A stretch of 64,000 nucleotides of DNA from an uncultured Pseudomonadota bacterium. Lineage in GTDB: Bacteria; Myxococcota_A; Polyangia; Fen-1088. How positions within the stretch are numbered: position 1 is the first letter of the stretch; each line of letters begins with the position of its first letter. Under the pieces are notes generated by a model. The model worked only from the letters and a program-made list of their open reading frames with translations. It was not told the origin of the DNA and searched no databases. A program made the translations under genes and the position numbers. Shown one piece after another: positions 1 through 13,665 of this stretch. The stretch covers positions 197,767 through 261,766 of the forward strand of contig CAVZEF010000005.1 of the NCBI GenBank assembly GCA_963774325.1, read 5' to 3'.

Positions 1-215
1 GAGATCGCGGCTGCGCGCCAGGAGAACCCGAAGAAGCTGCGCGCGGAGCTGGAAAAGGACCAGCGCATCCACCAGATCCGCAACCAGATCATCGAGCAGA
101 AGACGCTTGATATGCTGATCGCTCAGGCTAAGATCACCGACGAAGATCCCGCCAGACTGATCGTTACCCCCGATGAGGCGGCCGCAGAGCTGGCCGCGAA
201 GAAACGGAAAACGCC

Positions 216-219
<4 letters not shown>
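1..219 (+). CDS. tig: trigger factor, C-terminal fragment (5' end lies outside the window)
   Basis: Frame 1 is open from base 1 to TGA 217-219. The tail ...[29 protein letters not shown]... resembles trigger-factor C-termini. The stop overlaps the clpP ATG (ATGA). Gene order is the canonical tig-clpP-clpX-lon. Confidence 0.65.
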
Positions 220-868
<649 letters not shown>

Positions 869-920
869 GGTATAGACCGGCGCTGACTTGCGCGCCGGTC
901 CTGTGCTACGCTTGTGCTCA

Positions 921-2208
<1,288 letters not shown>

Positions 2209-2240
2209 GACTGTCCGTTTGAATTGAAGGAGGTTCCCCG

Positions 2241-2613
2241 ATGCGAGGACCGACGACGACGACGGTGCGACGGTGGCTGGTGTGGATCCCGGTGCTGATG
2301 GTTGTGTCGCTGCTCTACTGGACGGTCGCGCTGGGGCTCGGGGGGCATGTCGCTGATGGCGGTGAGCGCTCTGTCACAGGATCGCGATCCGGCGTTCCTG
2401 ACGCTGCCGCCGTCGGGCGGCGACACCGACACGGCCGAGGCGACGGCGCCGCGCGACGGGTACGAGCCGATCGTCGTCCACCTGGAAGAGTCGGTCGAGC
2501 CCGAGGACGTCGACGACAACCCGGGCTGCGGGTTCGCGAGCGGCGCCTCGGCCACGGGTGACGTCGACGGGACGCCGGTCCCGACCGGTCAGAGCGGCGT
2601 CGGCGTCTACTAA
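2241..2613 (+). CDS. hypothetical small membrane-anchored acidic protein (one frame change at a G6 run)
   Basis: AAGGAGG lies 7 nt upstream of ATG 2241. ORF 2241-2561 gives an N-terminal hydrophobic helix (WLVWIPVLMVVSLLYWTVALGLGG). ORF 2302-2613 gives an Asp/Glu/Pro-rich tail. The frame switch coincides with the G run at 2340-2345. No family recognised. Confidence 0.35.
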
Positions 2614-2620
2614 TTTTGAC

Positions 2621-2641
2621 AAGGACCCCGAGAGGGTCCTT
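2621..2641 (+). terminator. stem-loop after the small ORF (AAGGACCC-cgaga-GGGTCCTT)
   Basis: A perfect 8-bp inverted repeat with a 5-nt loop begins 8 nt after the stop at 2613. There is no U-tract. Confidence 0.45.
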
Positions 2642-2819
2642 CAGATCCCCTCACGCCCGAGGTTCGGTGGCGTCGCCGTGAAGCTCGTGCGCGATTGCGC
2701 GCGAAGCGCGTTCGAATTTTGGCCGTCCGCGCGCGGAGTTGCTAGGATCATGAAGCGTTGTCCCGATTGACAGCGTCTCGATACCTGCCTCTACCGATGC
2801 CGCACCCGAGGAGTCACTG

Positions 2820-5490
<2,671 letters not shown>

Positions 5491-5504
5491 CTTCCAAGCG
5501 CTGT

Positions 5505-5606
5505 CCCTCCACGGACAGGGCGTCCCTCCGAAAGCCCTCTGCTCCACGGACAGGACGCCGCTCTCCCCTCCGAAAGCCCTCCTCCACGTCCGCGTGGAGG
5601 AGAGGG
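5505..5606 (+). repeat. intergenic direct repeat ending in a stem-loop downstream of lon
   Basis: CTCCACGGACAGG..CCCTCCGAAAGCCCTC occurs twice (about 5507-5539 and 5543-5582). A third CTCCACG (5582-5588) pairs with CGTGGAG (5593-5599) as hairpin CCTCCACG-tccg-CGTGGAGG at 5581-5600. This is a possible lon terminator. Confidence 0.45.
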
Positions 5607-5697
5607 TATGGGTGAGGAGGCTCGCCCCTGCCTCAGCGCGATTTGACGCATCAACAATGACCAGTGGCGACCCTTGTAACGAGGGGCGCATCGATCA

Positions 5698-7443
5698 TTG
5701 CGCGCACGGGAGATCAACATGGCTGGTTTGCAATCGAGCGCTGAGCGATTCAATGACACGGCTCGCATTCGCGCCTGGTGCAGGATCGCTGGCGTCGCGA
5801 TCGCGCTGCTGAGCGGCAGCGGGTGCGGGAGCGCGTCCCCCGCTCAGAACGGGAGCACGGGAGGAAGCTCCGGTGAAGGCGGCGTGACTGGTGGCGGGGC
5901 CGGGGCCGGTGGCACCGGCAATGGCGGAAGCAGCGCGCTCGGAGGGAGCACCGGCACGGGCGGACAGTCGGTGGAACCACACGATGCCGCGACCAGCGAC
6001 GCGACTGCCGATCGGCCGCGGGGCGCCGACGCCACCGTCGATTCCGCGGGACCGGGCGTCGACGGTGGAAGTCCACCGCCCTTCGGTGGCGCCACGGTGA
6101 CCGCGACCGTGACCGTGAATCGCGCGATGCAGCTCGCGGCGCTCGGGCCGGGATTCGCGGGCTTCAGCTTCGAGAAGTCTCACATGACCGACGGTTTCTT
6201 CACCGGCGCCAACGCGCCGCTCATCGCCCTCTTTCGATTGCTGGGTCCAGGAATCGTGCGCATCGGCGCCAATGATGTGGATCGTTCGGTGTGGCAACCC
6301 ACCGCCGCCCCGGTCGCGGGCGGCACCACGACCAACAACGTGGGGACGGCCGACGTCGACGCGCTGGCGGCGTTCCTGACCGCGACCGCCTGGCATGCGA
6401 TCTACGGCGTCAACATGAAGACGTCGACACCGGCGCAGGCAGTCGCGGAGGCGACCTATGTCGCGTCGAAGCTGGGCGCGAGCCTGGATACCGTCGAGAT
6501 CGGAAACGAGATCAACTTCTTCGGCGCCTACGCCACGGTGCGGCCGCAGTGGGAGCCGTTCGCGGATGCGATCAAAGCCGCGCTACCGGCGGTCTCGCTG
6601 GCGGCGCCCGCGACCGCGGGCGATCTGAACTTCTCGGTGATGTTCGCCCGGGACGAGGCGAGCCGCATATCGATGCTGACGCATCACTACTATCGCGGCG
6701 GGGCAGGCAGCGCGACCGCGACGCTGGCGAACCTGCTCGCGCCCGATCCGCTGGTCACCACGCAGTCGCAGGGTTTGGCGGCCGCCGTGACCGCGAACGG
6801 AATTCGTGAGGGGTTTCGATGGGGAGAGATGAACTCGTTCTCGGGGCACGGCCAGGCCGGCGTGAGCGACGTCTTCGGCGCGGCGCTCTGGTCGATCGAT
6901 TTCATGCTGACCACGGCGCAGCTCGGCTCGCGCGGCGTCAACTTCCACGGCGGCGGCCAGAACATGGACGGCAACGTCTGCAACAACGGCGTCGCGTCCT
7001 GCACGCGGCCGTTTCGGTACTCGCCCATCATCGAGGTCGACAGCCGCGTCACCGGCGCCGCGCCGCTGTTCTACGGAATGCTGCTGGTGTCTCAGGTGAG
7101 CGCCGGGACGATGCTGGCGACGCGCGTGACCGTGCAGGCGGTCAACTTGACCGCCTATGCGGTGGCGGCGGCCGACGGATCGACCGACGTCGTGCTGGTG
7201 AACAAGGACGCGGCGACCGGCGCGAACGCGACCATCGACGTCGGCAAGCCCGTGCTGTCGGCGACGGGCGCTTACCTGACGGCGCCGGCGCTGACGTCGA
7301 CGACCGGCATCACGCTGCGCGGGGCGTCGGTCTCGGCGGCGGGCAACTGGGCGCCCGCCGCGCCTTACAATCTCGCCGCGAGCGGCAACACGGTCTCGCT
7401 GGTCGTCCCGCCCGCGAGCGCGATCCTGATCCGCGCTCGCTGA
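5698..7443 (+). CDS. secreted lipoprotein, glycoside hydrolase family 79-like (beta-glucuronidase/heparanase fold)
   Basis: Intact 581-aa ORF. Signal peptide with lipobox (LLSGSGCGS), then a Gly/Ser/Thr linker. Clan GH-A style motifs are VEIGNEINFF (acid/base NE) and WGEMNSFSGHG (compare GETSS in heparanase), followed by a C-terminal beta-sandwich-like region. The start could be ATG 5719. Confidence 0.6.
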   Translation: MRAREINMAGLQSSAERFNDTARIRAWCRIAGVAIALLSGSGCGSASPAQNGSTGGSSGEGGVTGGGAGAGGTGNGGSSALGGSTGTGGQSVEPHDAATSDATADRPRGADATVDSAGPGVDGGSPPPFGGATVTATVTVNRAMQLAALGPGFAGFSFEKSHMTDGFFTGANAPLIALFRLLGPGIVRIGANDVDRSVWQPTAAPVAGGTTTNNVGTADVDALAAFLTATAWHAIYGVNMKTSTPAQAVAEATYVASKLGASLDTVEIGNEINFFGAYATVRPQWEPFADAIKAALPAVSLAAPATAGDLNFSVMFARDEASRISMLTHHYYRGGAGSATATLANLLAPDPLVTTQSQGLAAAVTANGIREGFRWGEMNSFSGHGQAGVSDVFGAALWSIDFMLTTAQLGSRGVNFHGGGQNMDGNVCNNGVASCTRPFRYSPIIEVDSRVTGAAPLFYGMLLVSQVSAGTMLATRVTVQAVNLTAYAVAAADGSTDVVLVNKDAATGANATIDVGKPVLSATGAYLTAPALTSTTGITLRGASVSAAGNWAPAAPYNLAASGNTVSLVVPPASAILIRAR

Positions 7444-7477
7444 GGTCGTCGCGCCGCCGGCGGCGGCTGGGTCTGGT

Positions 7478-8761
7478 CTAGTTCTGCGGCACCGCGACGA
7501 TGTCCCAGTCCTGGTTCGCGGCCCCGGTGTAGGGCGCGGTGTTGGCGAGCGTGCCCGAGGTCCTGTTCCCCGAGGGAACTTCCAGCGCGTTCCCCGAGGA
7601 CTTGTTGATCAGCTTGAAGTGGCCGTTGTGGTCGTCGATGCCCCAGAGCTGCGGCTGCGCGCTCGAGAACGTCTGCTGAATGACGCCGCTTCCGCTCGAG
7701 GTTCCCGAGCCGGTGACCGCCTTGGCCGTGAACGTGTTGACGATCTTCCAGGTGCTGCTCGCGGTGAGCACGATCTGGAACAGCTGGTTGCCGCCGCCGT
7801 TGTAAGAGTACTGCTCGATGGGAGCGTTCTCGGCCATGTTCCAGCTCATCACGTCGAAGGCCAGCCCCGACTGCGAGTTGATGAACTTGTAGAAGTAGCT
7901 GGTGTCGAAGTCCGGGCGGTAGCTCGACGCGCGCCACACGGTGATGGGCGAGGTGTACCCGTTGCACGACTTGTAACCCTGGCCGGCGTTGGGCGACGAA
8001 GCCGCGGTGCACTTCGCCGAGCACAGCACGCCATCGCCGAAGGGGTTGCGGTAGATCGAGCTCGCCGCCGCGCCGAGACGTCCGGGGACCACGCCCTTGG
8101 CGAAGCCCGAACCCTCGCAATAGAACGCCGGCACCTTGCCGTCGGAGCCGGTGATGAAGATGTTGCCGAAGAACGTGCCTTCCTGGTTCGGATAGGTGCT
8201 GCTGCTGCCGTAGCCGATCGAGGAGATCGGCGAGTCGAGCCAGATCGGCACGTGGACGCCGGCGGCGTTGACGTGGGCCATCATGCAGGCGGAGACGCCC
8301 TCCTGGCAGGCGGTGTTGCAGGTTCCGGTCTCCCACGACGCGCCGGCTCCGATGGCGCCCGGGAACGTGTACGAGACGCCGTTCTGATCCTTCTTGGTGA
8401 TCGAATGGCCGGAGGGCAACGCACACTTGACCAGGTAGGCAACGGTCGTGCGGCCCGAGGCGGTCGTCATGAGACCGGTGTTCGAAGCCAGCCCGGTCGA
8501 GGCGAGCGGATTGAGCAGGAGGCCATTGCCCGAGAGTCCGTTACCGGAGAGCCCGTTGCCCGAGAGTCCGTTACCGGAGAGTCCGTTGGTCATCGAGAGA
8601 CCGTTGATCATGCTGAGCCCGTTGGTGGAGGCGAGCTCGCTTTCGGTGGCGCCGGTCTGTGCGTCATCGCCCGCCATCGGTTCGCAGGCGCTCAGCATGG
8701 CCGCGAGCGCGAGAGGGGTTGCCAACCAGATGCTCTTCTTGGTTCCCATCGTCGGTTCCAT
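7478..8761 (-). CDS. secreted lipoprotein with (N)GLSG pentapeptide repeats, an unknown Cys-containing domain and a C-terminal ricin-type beta-trefoil lectin domain
   Basis: Intact 427-aa ORF. Lipobox AAMLSAC. GLSGNGLSGNGLSGNGLSGNGL repeat block. The C-terminal region has trefoil QxW-like motifs (NQLFQIV..WKIVN, PQLWGIDD..FKLIN, NQDWDIVAV). Confidence 0.6.
   Translation of the reverse strand: MEPTMGTKKSIWLATPLALAAMLSACEPMAGDDAQTGATESELASTNGLSMINGLSMTNGLSGNGLSGNGLSGNGLSGNGLLLNPLASTGLASNTGLMTTASGRTTVAYLVKCALPSGHSITKKDQNGVSYTFPGAIGAGASWETGTCNTACQEGVSACMMAHVNAAGVHVPIWLDSPISSIGYGSSSTYPNQEGTFFGNIFITGSDGKVPAFYCEGSGFAKGVVPGRLGAAASSIYRNPFGDGVLCSAKCTAASSPNAGQGYKSCNGYTSPITVWRASSYRPDFDTSYFYKFINSQSGLAFDVMSWNMAENAPIEQYSYNGGGNQLFQIVLTASSTWKIVNTFTAKAVTGSGTSSGSGVIQQTFSSAQPQLWGIDDHNGHFKLINKSSGNALEVPSGNRTSGTLANTAPYTGAANQDWDIVAVPQN
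8519..8626 (-). repeat. in-frame 15-nt tandem repeat encoding NGLS(G/M) pentapeptides
   Basis: The unit cccgagagtccgttaccggagag is duplicated exactly (8529-8551 and 8559-8581), flanked by degenerate 15-nt units. The region translates on the minus strand as NGLSMINGLSMTNGLSGNGLSGNGLSGNGLSGNGL. Confidence 0.85.
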
Positions 8762-8872
8762 GGCTCTTGTATGGACTGACTTAGCAGTAAGCGTGCCTAC
8801 GATTATTTTTTGGATAGACTAGGAAAACCATGGGTCTCCGAAGCCGGGCGTGACCGCCGATGACGCTCTTCG

Positions 8873-10312
8873 TTGAGATCCGAGCAACAGACTGTTGCCA
8901 GTGCCGGGTGTGCCAGTTTCCCGAAGCTCACCCCTTCATACCGTGTGGGTAAAACGCGACCGGCAGCCAGGCGCTCGGCTCGAACGGATCTGGGAGCGAG
9001 CGCGCTCGCTGTCGTTGCGCTCGTTGCGGTCGTTGTACTCCCGGCGCTCGCATTGGTCGGTTGCGGCAGCAGCGCGCAGGAGACCCCGGACTCCGGCGCG
9101 GGCCCCGACAACTCGACCGGAGGGTCCGGCAGCGCGGCGGGAGGTTCGGGCGGTTCGTCCAGTGGCGCGGGCGGCGCCGCCGGGCACGCCGCCGACGATG
9201 GCGGGGCGCGCAGCGATTCCGGCGCGCAGCCCCTCGATGCTCGCGACGCAGGCTCCGGCGGCATTCCCGGCGCCGGGGGCGGCGCGGCTGGCGGCCAAGC
9301 CGGCGCTTCCGGGAGCGGCGGTGCGGCCGGCGGCTCGGGCGGATCCGGCGGTGCGACGGCGGGCGTGCCGCTCGACCCCACGTTGCTGTCGCGCTGTACC
9401 GGCACCAATCCCATTCGATGCACGATCCCGGTCGCCGCCAACGGTGACTACACCGTCACCGTCGAGCTCGGGGATCCCGCGGCGGCATCGTCGTCGCGCA
9501 TACAGGCGGAGCTGCTGCGCGTGGTCGTGCCGACGGTATCGCTGGCGGCGGGTCAGCTCTCACAACAGACATTCAGCGTGAACGTGCGCGCCGAGGTGCA
9601 CGACGGCTACTCGGCTCCGGGGATGATCCTCGATCTGTTGATCGACGGAACGGCGCCGCGACTGCACGGCCTGGGCGTCGCAGCCCGGCCGGCGTTGCCG
9701 ACGATCTTCTTGGCCGGCGACTCCACCGTCTGCGACTGGGATCCAGCCGCGGCCAATATCCTGTCGCCGATCCAGCGCGGTTGGGCGCAGGAGGTCTCGC
9801 AGTACTTCGGTCCCGGCATCGCCGTTGCCAACTACGCGGACTCGGGAGAGACCGCTGGCAGCTTCTACTCCAAGTTCTTTCCGGCGGCGCGCGCGGCGAT
9901 GCGCGCCGGCGACTATCTTTTCATTCAATTCGGCCACAACGATCAAAAAGCACAGGCTGACATCGACGCGTACCAGGCGAATCTCATGAAGTACATCGCC
10001 GATGCGCGCGCTCGCAATGTCACGCCGGTCCTGTTCACGCCGGTGGCGCGGCGCACGGCGACGGCGGCCAACCCAGGATTTGCTGGCCTCGACCAGCAGG
10101 CGCGCGATCTCGCGGCGGCCGAGAACGTCGCTCTCATCGATCTCACCAACCTGGCCATCGCGTACTACCGAACGGTGCCCGACATCTCGCTCTTGTTTGC
10201 CACGCCGACCGAGGGAACGCACTTCAGCGAAACGGGTGCCACCCAGGTTGCCAACCTGGTCGTGCAGGCGCTCAAGAACAGTCCGTTGCCCCTCAAGTCG
10301 TTCGAGCGCTGA
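8873..10312 (+). CDS. secreted lipoprotein, SGNH/GDSL hydrolase, rhamnogalacturonan acetylesterase-like (CE12-like)
   Basis: Intact 479-aa ORF. Lipobox LVGCGSS, then a long Gly/Ala/Ser linker. SGNH blocks are IFLAGDSTVCDW (block I), FIQFGHNDQ (block III) and EGTHFSETGA (block V). Confidence 0.65.
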   Translation: MRSEQQTVASAGCASFPKLTPSYRVGKTRPAARRSARTDLGASALAVVALVAVVVLPALALVGCGSSAQETPDSGAGPDNSTGGSGSAAGGSGGSSSGAGGAAGHAADDGGARSDSGAQPLDARDAGSGGIPGAGGGAAGGQAGASGSGGAAGGSGGSGGATAGVPLDPTLLSRCTGTNPIRCTIPVAANGDYTVTVELGDPAAASSSRIQAELLRVVVPTVSLAAGQLSQQTFSVNVRAEVHDGYSAPGMILDLLIDGTAPRLHGLGVAARPALPTIFLAGDSTVCDWDPAAANILSPIQRGWAQEVSQYFGPGIAVANYADSGETAGSFYSKFFPAARAAMRAGDYLFIQFGHNDQKAQADIDAYQANLMKYIADARARNVTPVLFTPVARRTATAANPGFAGLDQQARDLAAAENVALIDLTNLAIAYYRTVPDISLLFATPTEGTHFSETGATQVANLVVQALKNSPLPLKSFER

Positions 10313-10321
10313 GGTTCGAGG

Positions 10322-10382
10322 TTGCGCGTCGCGGTTGCGCATTGCGTACCGCGCGTTGCACGTTGCGCGTTGTGCCTTGCAC
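10322..10382. repeat. array of seven TTG(C/T)(G/A)(C/T) hexamers, the last four in an exact 7-nt tandem
   Basis: TTGCGC 10322, TTGCGC 10335, TTGCGT 10342, TTGCAC 10356, TTGCGC 10363, TTGTGC 10370, TTGCAC 10377. The array lies between the esterase stop (10312) and the next start (10459). Confidence 0.7.
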
Positions 10383-10458
10383 GCCCGGAGGTTTCTCACA
10401 AAGTGCGAACTAATGTGTGAAGGTCTGCGGTAGATGTGTCCCTTGAGTTTTCGGAAAT

Positions 10459-11739
10459 ATGCAGCACCCCACATCGTCCGCAGTGGCAATGGGTCGCAAT
10501 CAACGGTTGATCCTGGCGTTGCTCCTCGCGGGCGCCGGTTGGTCAAATGCTTGCTTGGGCGTTGCCGACGTACCTGGCGCCCATCCAGGTGACGGCGGTT
10601 CATCGGGCGGCGGAGCGGGAGCGGCAGGGACTGCCGGCGCTGCGGGTGCTGCCGGTGTGGGCGGTGCGGCCGGTGGCGTGGGAGGAAGCGCCGGTCGACA
10701 GGCATCGGGCGGGCGATCCGGAGGCAGCGACGCGGGCGCGGCTGACGCCGCTTCCGATCGCGGCCTGACGGCGGCAGGCGGTGGTGCCGGTGGCATCACC
10801 GGTGCAGGCGGCGCCACCGGTGGCGACAACTCCCATTTCGTCTTTCCCGACTGCCGGTTTCACTTTGGAACGATCGATAGCAAGGCGAAGGCCGCCGGCC
10901 AGGCGTTGATCTCCCAGATCGACTATTTCACACCGGGCTGGATGCTCGGCGCCACGTTTGATCATCAGGGCGTCTGCAATGACACCAAGCCCGGCGGCGT
11001 GCTCGCGGGAAAGGTACCCGTGATCGTGGCCTACGTCTCGGCAGGGAACGTCAAACGCGACCACGCGCTCTGTGATTGCAACGTGAGCGGTTGCGCCGGC
11101 GGCAATCTGTGCCAGACCGGCGCCCAGTTCATCACCCAAGACTGGGCGAAGATCCTCAACGCCTATCGGAGCTACTCGCAAGGCTTCGCGGCCTGCTACG
11201 GGACGACCAAGCCGATCGTGTTCGAGATGGAGCCCGACTGGTATCAGTACACCGGCGGCTCGCAAACCCAGCCCTGGACGGCGGCGCAGGCAGGTCAATA
11301 CATGTCGCAAATCGTGGCGGCGCTGAAGACCAATCTGCCCAACGCACGGTTCTCCATCGACGTGTCGCCGTGGATGGCCCCGAGCAACGGCGGCGACAAC
11401 GGAGCGCGCTGGTATTCGAGCTTCGACATGTCGCTCTTCACGTTCGTGAACACCTCCGGCGGCGGAACCAACGCCGGGACGGTAAAGATTCGCTCGAGCA
11501 ACAACATGACCTGGGCGGGCTTGCACCAGGTGACCGGCAAACCGATCCTGGCGGACACCGGATACGGCGCGAACGGGATCTCGGCGGGGCCCGACGCCGC
11601 GTGGGACGTCCCGACCAACATCGGCGCGCGCATCGCGGACGGAGTGGTCTCCATCGCCCAGTACAACCCGAGCGCCACCTGGGCAGCGACGCTTGCGGCG
11701 ATCCGCGCGCAGCTTCCGGCGCCGACCAGCTGTCCGTGA
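10459..11739 (+). CDS. secreted protein, putative polysaccharide hydrolase (family not assignable by eye)
   Basis: Intact 426-aa ORF. Signal peptide, then a roughly 90-aa Gly/Ala-rich linker. The globular domain carries IVFEMEPDWYQY (a possible NEP-like acid/base strand). Context is a CAZyme cluster. Confidence 0.4.
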   Translation: MQHPTSSAVAMGRNQRLILALLLAGAGWSNACLGVADVPGAHPGDGGSSGGGAGAAGTAGAAGAAGVGGAAGGVGGSAGRQASGGRSGGSDAGAADAASDRGLTAAGGGAGGITGAGGATGGDNSHFVFPDCRFHFGTIDSKAKAAGQALISQIDYFTPGWMLGATFDHQGVCNDTKPGGVLAGKVPVIVAYVSAGNVKRDHALCDCNVSGCAGGNLCQTGAQFITQDWAKILNAYRSYSQGFAACYGTTKPIVFEMEPDWYQYTGGSQTQPWTAAQAGQYMSQIVAALKTNLPNARFSIDVSPWMAPSNGGDNGARWYSSFDMSLFTFVNTSGGGTNAGTVKIRSSNNMTWAGLHQVTGKPILADTGYGANGISAGPDAAWDVPTNIGARIADGVVSIAQYNPSATWAATLAAIRAQLPAPTSCP

Positions 11740-11748
11740 CGCTCCGAC

Positions 11749-12360
11749 ATGGTGAGCGCGCTCGGCGAGCGTCTCGAGTTGGTAGACCGACACGAAAAGC
11801 ACACGGCTCCGACGCCGCGCTTGCGCTCAGCCGCCAGCGCGGGCTTGAACGCTCGCGACTTCGCGTCGGTCTATAGCCACACCTCCGAAGACGTCATCCG
11901 GTGGATTCGCGCGCTCGGCGGGCCTTCGGCCGATCAGGACGACCTGCTCCAGGAAGTGTTCTTGATCGTCCATCGCAAGCTTCCCCGCTTCGACGGCCGC
12001 AACCTGGCCGCCTGGCTCTACAGGATCACCGCGCATCGCGTCCGCGACTTCCGGCGCCTGGCCTGGTTCCGCCATGTGCTGGGGAGCGACGCGCTCTCGA
12101 TCGAAAAGCTCGAATCGACCGATCCGAGCCCGGTCGTGGTGTTGGAGACCCTGGAGAGACGCCGGGAGCTGGAGCGCCTCCTGTCGAGGCTGAGCGTCCG
12201 CCTGCGCGCGACGTTCGTGCTGTTCGAGGTCGAGGGCTACACCGCCGAGGAGATCGCCGATCTCCAAGGTGTGTCGGTCAATACCGTCCGGGCGCGCATC
12301 CACCGGGCGCGGAAGAAGCTCTTCGATGACCTGCGCCTCGCGAAGCGCCGCGCGCGTTGA
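11749..12360 (+). CDS. ECF-type RNA polymerase sigma-70 family factor
   Basis: Region 2 (DQDDLLQEVFLIVHRKLPRFDGRNLAAWLYRITAHRVRDFRR) and region 4 HTH (YTAEEIADLQGVSVNTVRARIHRARKKL). The true start may lie downstream of 11749. Confidence 0.8.
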   Translation: MVSALGERLELVDRHEKHTAPTPRLRSAASAGLNARDFASVYSHTSEDVIRWIRALGGPSADQDDLLQEVFLIVHRKLPRFDGRNLAAWLYRITAHRVRDFRRLAWFRHVLGSDALSIEKLESTDPSPVVVLETLERRRELERLLSRLSVRLRATFVLFEVEGYTAEEIADLQGVSVNTVRARIHRARKKLFDDLRLAKRRAR

Positions 12361-13665
12361 TCAGCTCGCAGGCTGGACGTTGCCCAGGATGAAGACGTAG
12401 TCCTGATAGTCGCCGTTTCCGGCCTCTTCCACCGCGAGCAGATAGCTGCCGGCCACGGTCACGCCGCTCGCGTCTTTGAGAGGATAGACCTTCACGCGAT
12501 GCACGTTGGCCGGTGAGTTGGCGACATCCTCCGAGTAGTCGTAGTCACCGTTGGTGGCCGTCCCGCCCGTGTCGTAGAGCTGGCTCAACTGGTCGGTGTA
12601 GACCCAGATGCCGAACGTCGCCGCACCGGGGTCGAAGGAGGTCGCGCCGGTGAGCGGCGGAAGCATCATGCGGGCCTTGTCAGAGGTCTGCGCGTCGGGC
12701 GCCGACGCCATGGTCGCCACCAGGTTGCGGGTCGCGGGCGCGCCCGCGGGGTACCATCCGAACGGCATCGGACCCTTGGGCGAGAATCGCGCCACCGCGC
12801 TCAACGTGACGTTGCCGCCGCCGCGCTTGCGAAACAGCGGCGCGGCGATCTCGTCGGTGCCGGGTTCGACCTTGGGCAGCTGTTGCACCGTCCCGGTGTT
12901 CGGATTGGCGTTGTTCTGCGCGAGCCCGACGTTCAATTTGATTCCCAGCGTGGTCAGGATCTGACCCAGCGTCACCTCGTGCGTGGCGGTGGTGAGCAGT
13001 AGCCCGTAGACGGTCACCTGCGTCGCGTCGGCCCCCGCTTTCGCGTTGATTGTCGCGGTCAGCAGCGTCCCGCCGCTGTTCTGAGGTGGGGCCGCCGGAA
13101 GCGCCGCTCCGGTGGTCAGCGCCTGGACGGTGATGGGCGCGCTCGCGCCGGCGGCGAGGGAGAGGGGCGTGGTCATACCGCTGAGCTGGAACGCGGCGGC
13201 ATCCGTTCCGGTCAGCGTGATGGCACTGACGGTCACTGCGGCGGTGCCGTCGTTGCGCAGCTGCAGCACCTGGCTCGCGGCCGGGGTGACGACACCGCGC
13301 ACGCCGGTCACGATCGCGGCACTCGGCCACGCCGGAATCAAACTGATGCCAAGCGTTCCCGTGCCGGTGCCGCCCGCGCCCGATCCGCCGGCGCCGCCCG
13401 CGCCGGTCGCGGCCCCGCCCGCGCCGGTCGCGCTGCCACCGGCGCCGGTCGCACCGGCGCTGCCCGCCGCTCCGCTGCTTCCGCCCGGCGCCGCGCCGCC
13501 TGTGCCGCTGCCGGCGCTCCCGCCCGTCGCCGGCGCATGTCCGCCCGCGCCCGCGCTCTGCCCGCCGCTACCGTCGCTCGGGCCGCTCGTGCTCGCCGGA
13601 GACGAGCACGAGATCGCGCCTGCGAGAATGAAAAACGACAACGCCGCGCGAATCCATGGGCTCAT
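12361..13665 (-). CDS. lipoprotein with Gly/Ala linker and an Ig-like (ASH / choice-of-anchor-D-like) domain, function unknown
   Basis: The start was moved to ATG 13665 (MSPWIRAALSFFILAGAISCSS lipobox). That ATG overlaps the upstream stop (ATGA). The pattern SQVLQLRNDGTAAVTVSAITLTGTDAAAFQL is typical of ASH-type Ig folds. Confidence 0.55.
   Translation of the reverse strand: MSPWIRAALSFFILAGAISCSSPASTSGPSDGSGGQSAGAGGHAPATGGSAGSGTGGAAPGGSSGAAGSAGATGAGGSATGAGGAATGAGGAGGSGAGGTGTGTLGISLIPAWPSAAIVTGVRGVVTPAASQVLQLRNDGTAAVTVSAITLTGTDAAAFQLSGMTTPLSLAAGASAPITVQALTTGAALPAAPPQNSGGTLLTATINAKAGADATQVTVYGLLLTTATHEVTLGQILTTLGIKLNVGLAQNNANPNTGTVQQLPKVEPGTDEIAAPLFRKRGGGNVTLSAVARFSPKGPMPFGWYPAGAPATRNLVATMASAPDAQTSDKARMMLPPLTGATSFDPGAATFGIWVYTDQLSQLYDTGGTATNGDYDYSEDVANSPANVHRVKVYPLKDASGVTVAGSYLLAVEEAGNGDYQDYVFILGNVQPAS

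Noticed and set aside
8519-8626. A regularly spaced short repeat that could be mistaken for a mini CRISPR array.
   Set aside because: The period is 15 nt with no unique spacers, it is in-frame inside a long ORF and it encodes NGLSG pentapeptides. No CRISPR-like repeat-spacer structure exists anywhere in the window.
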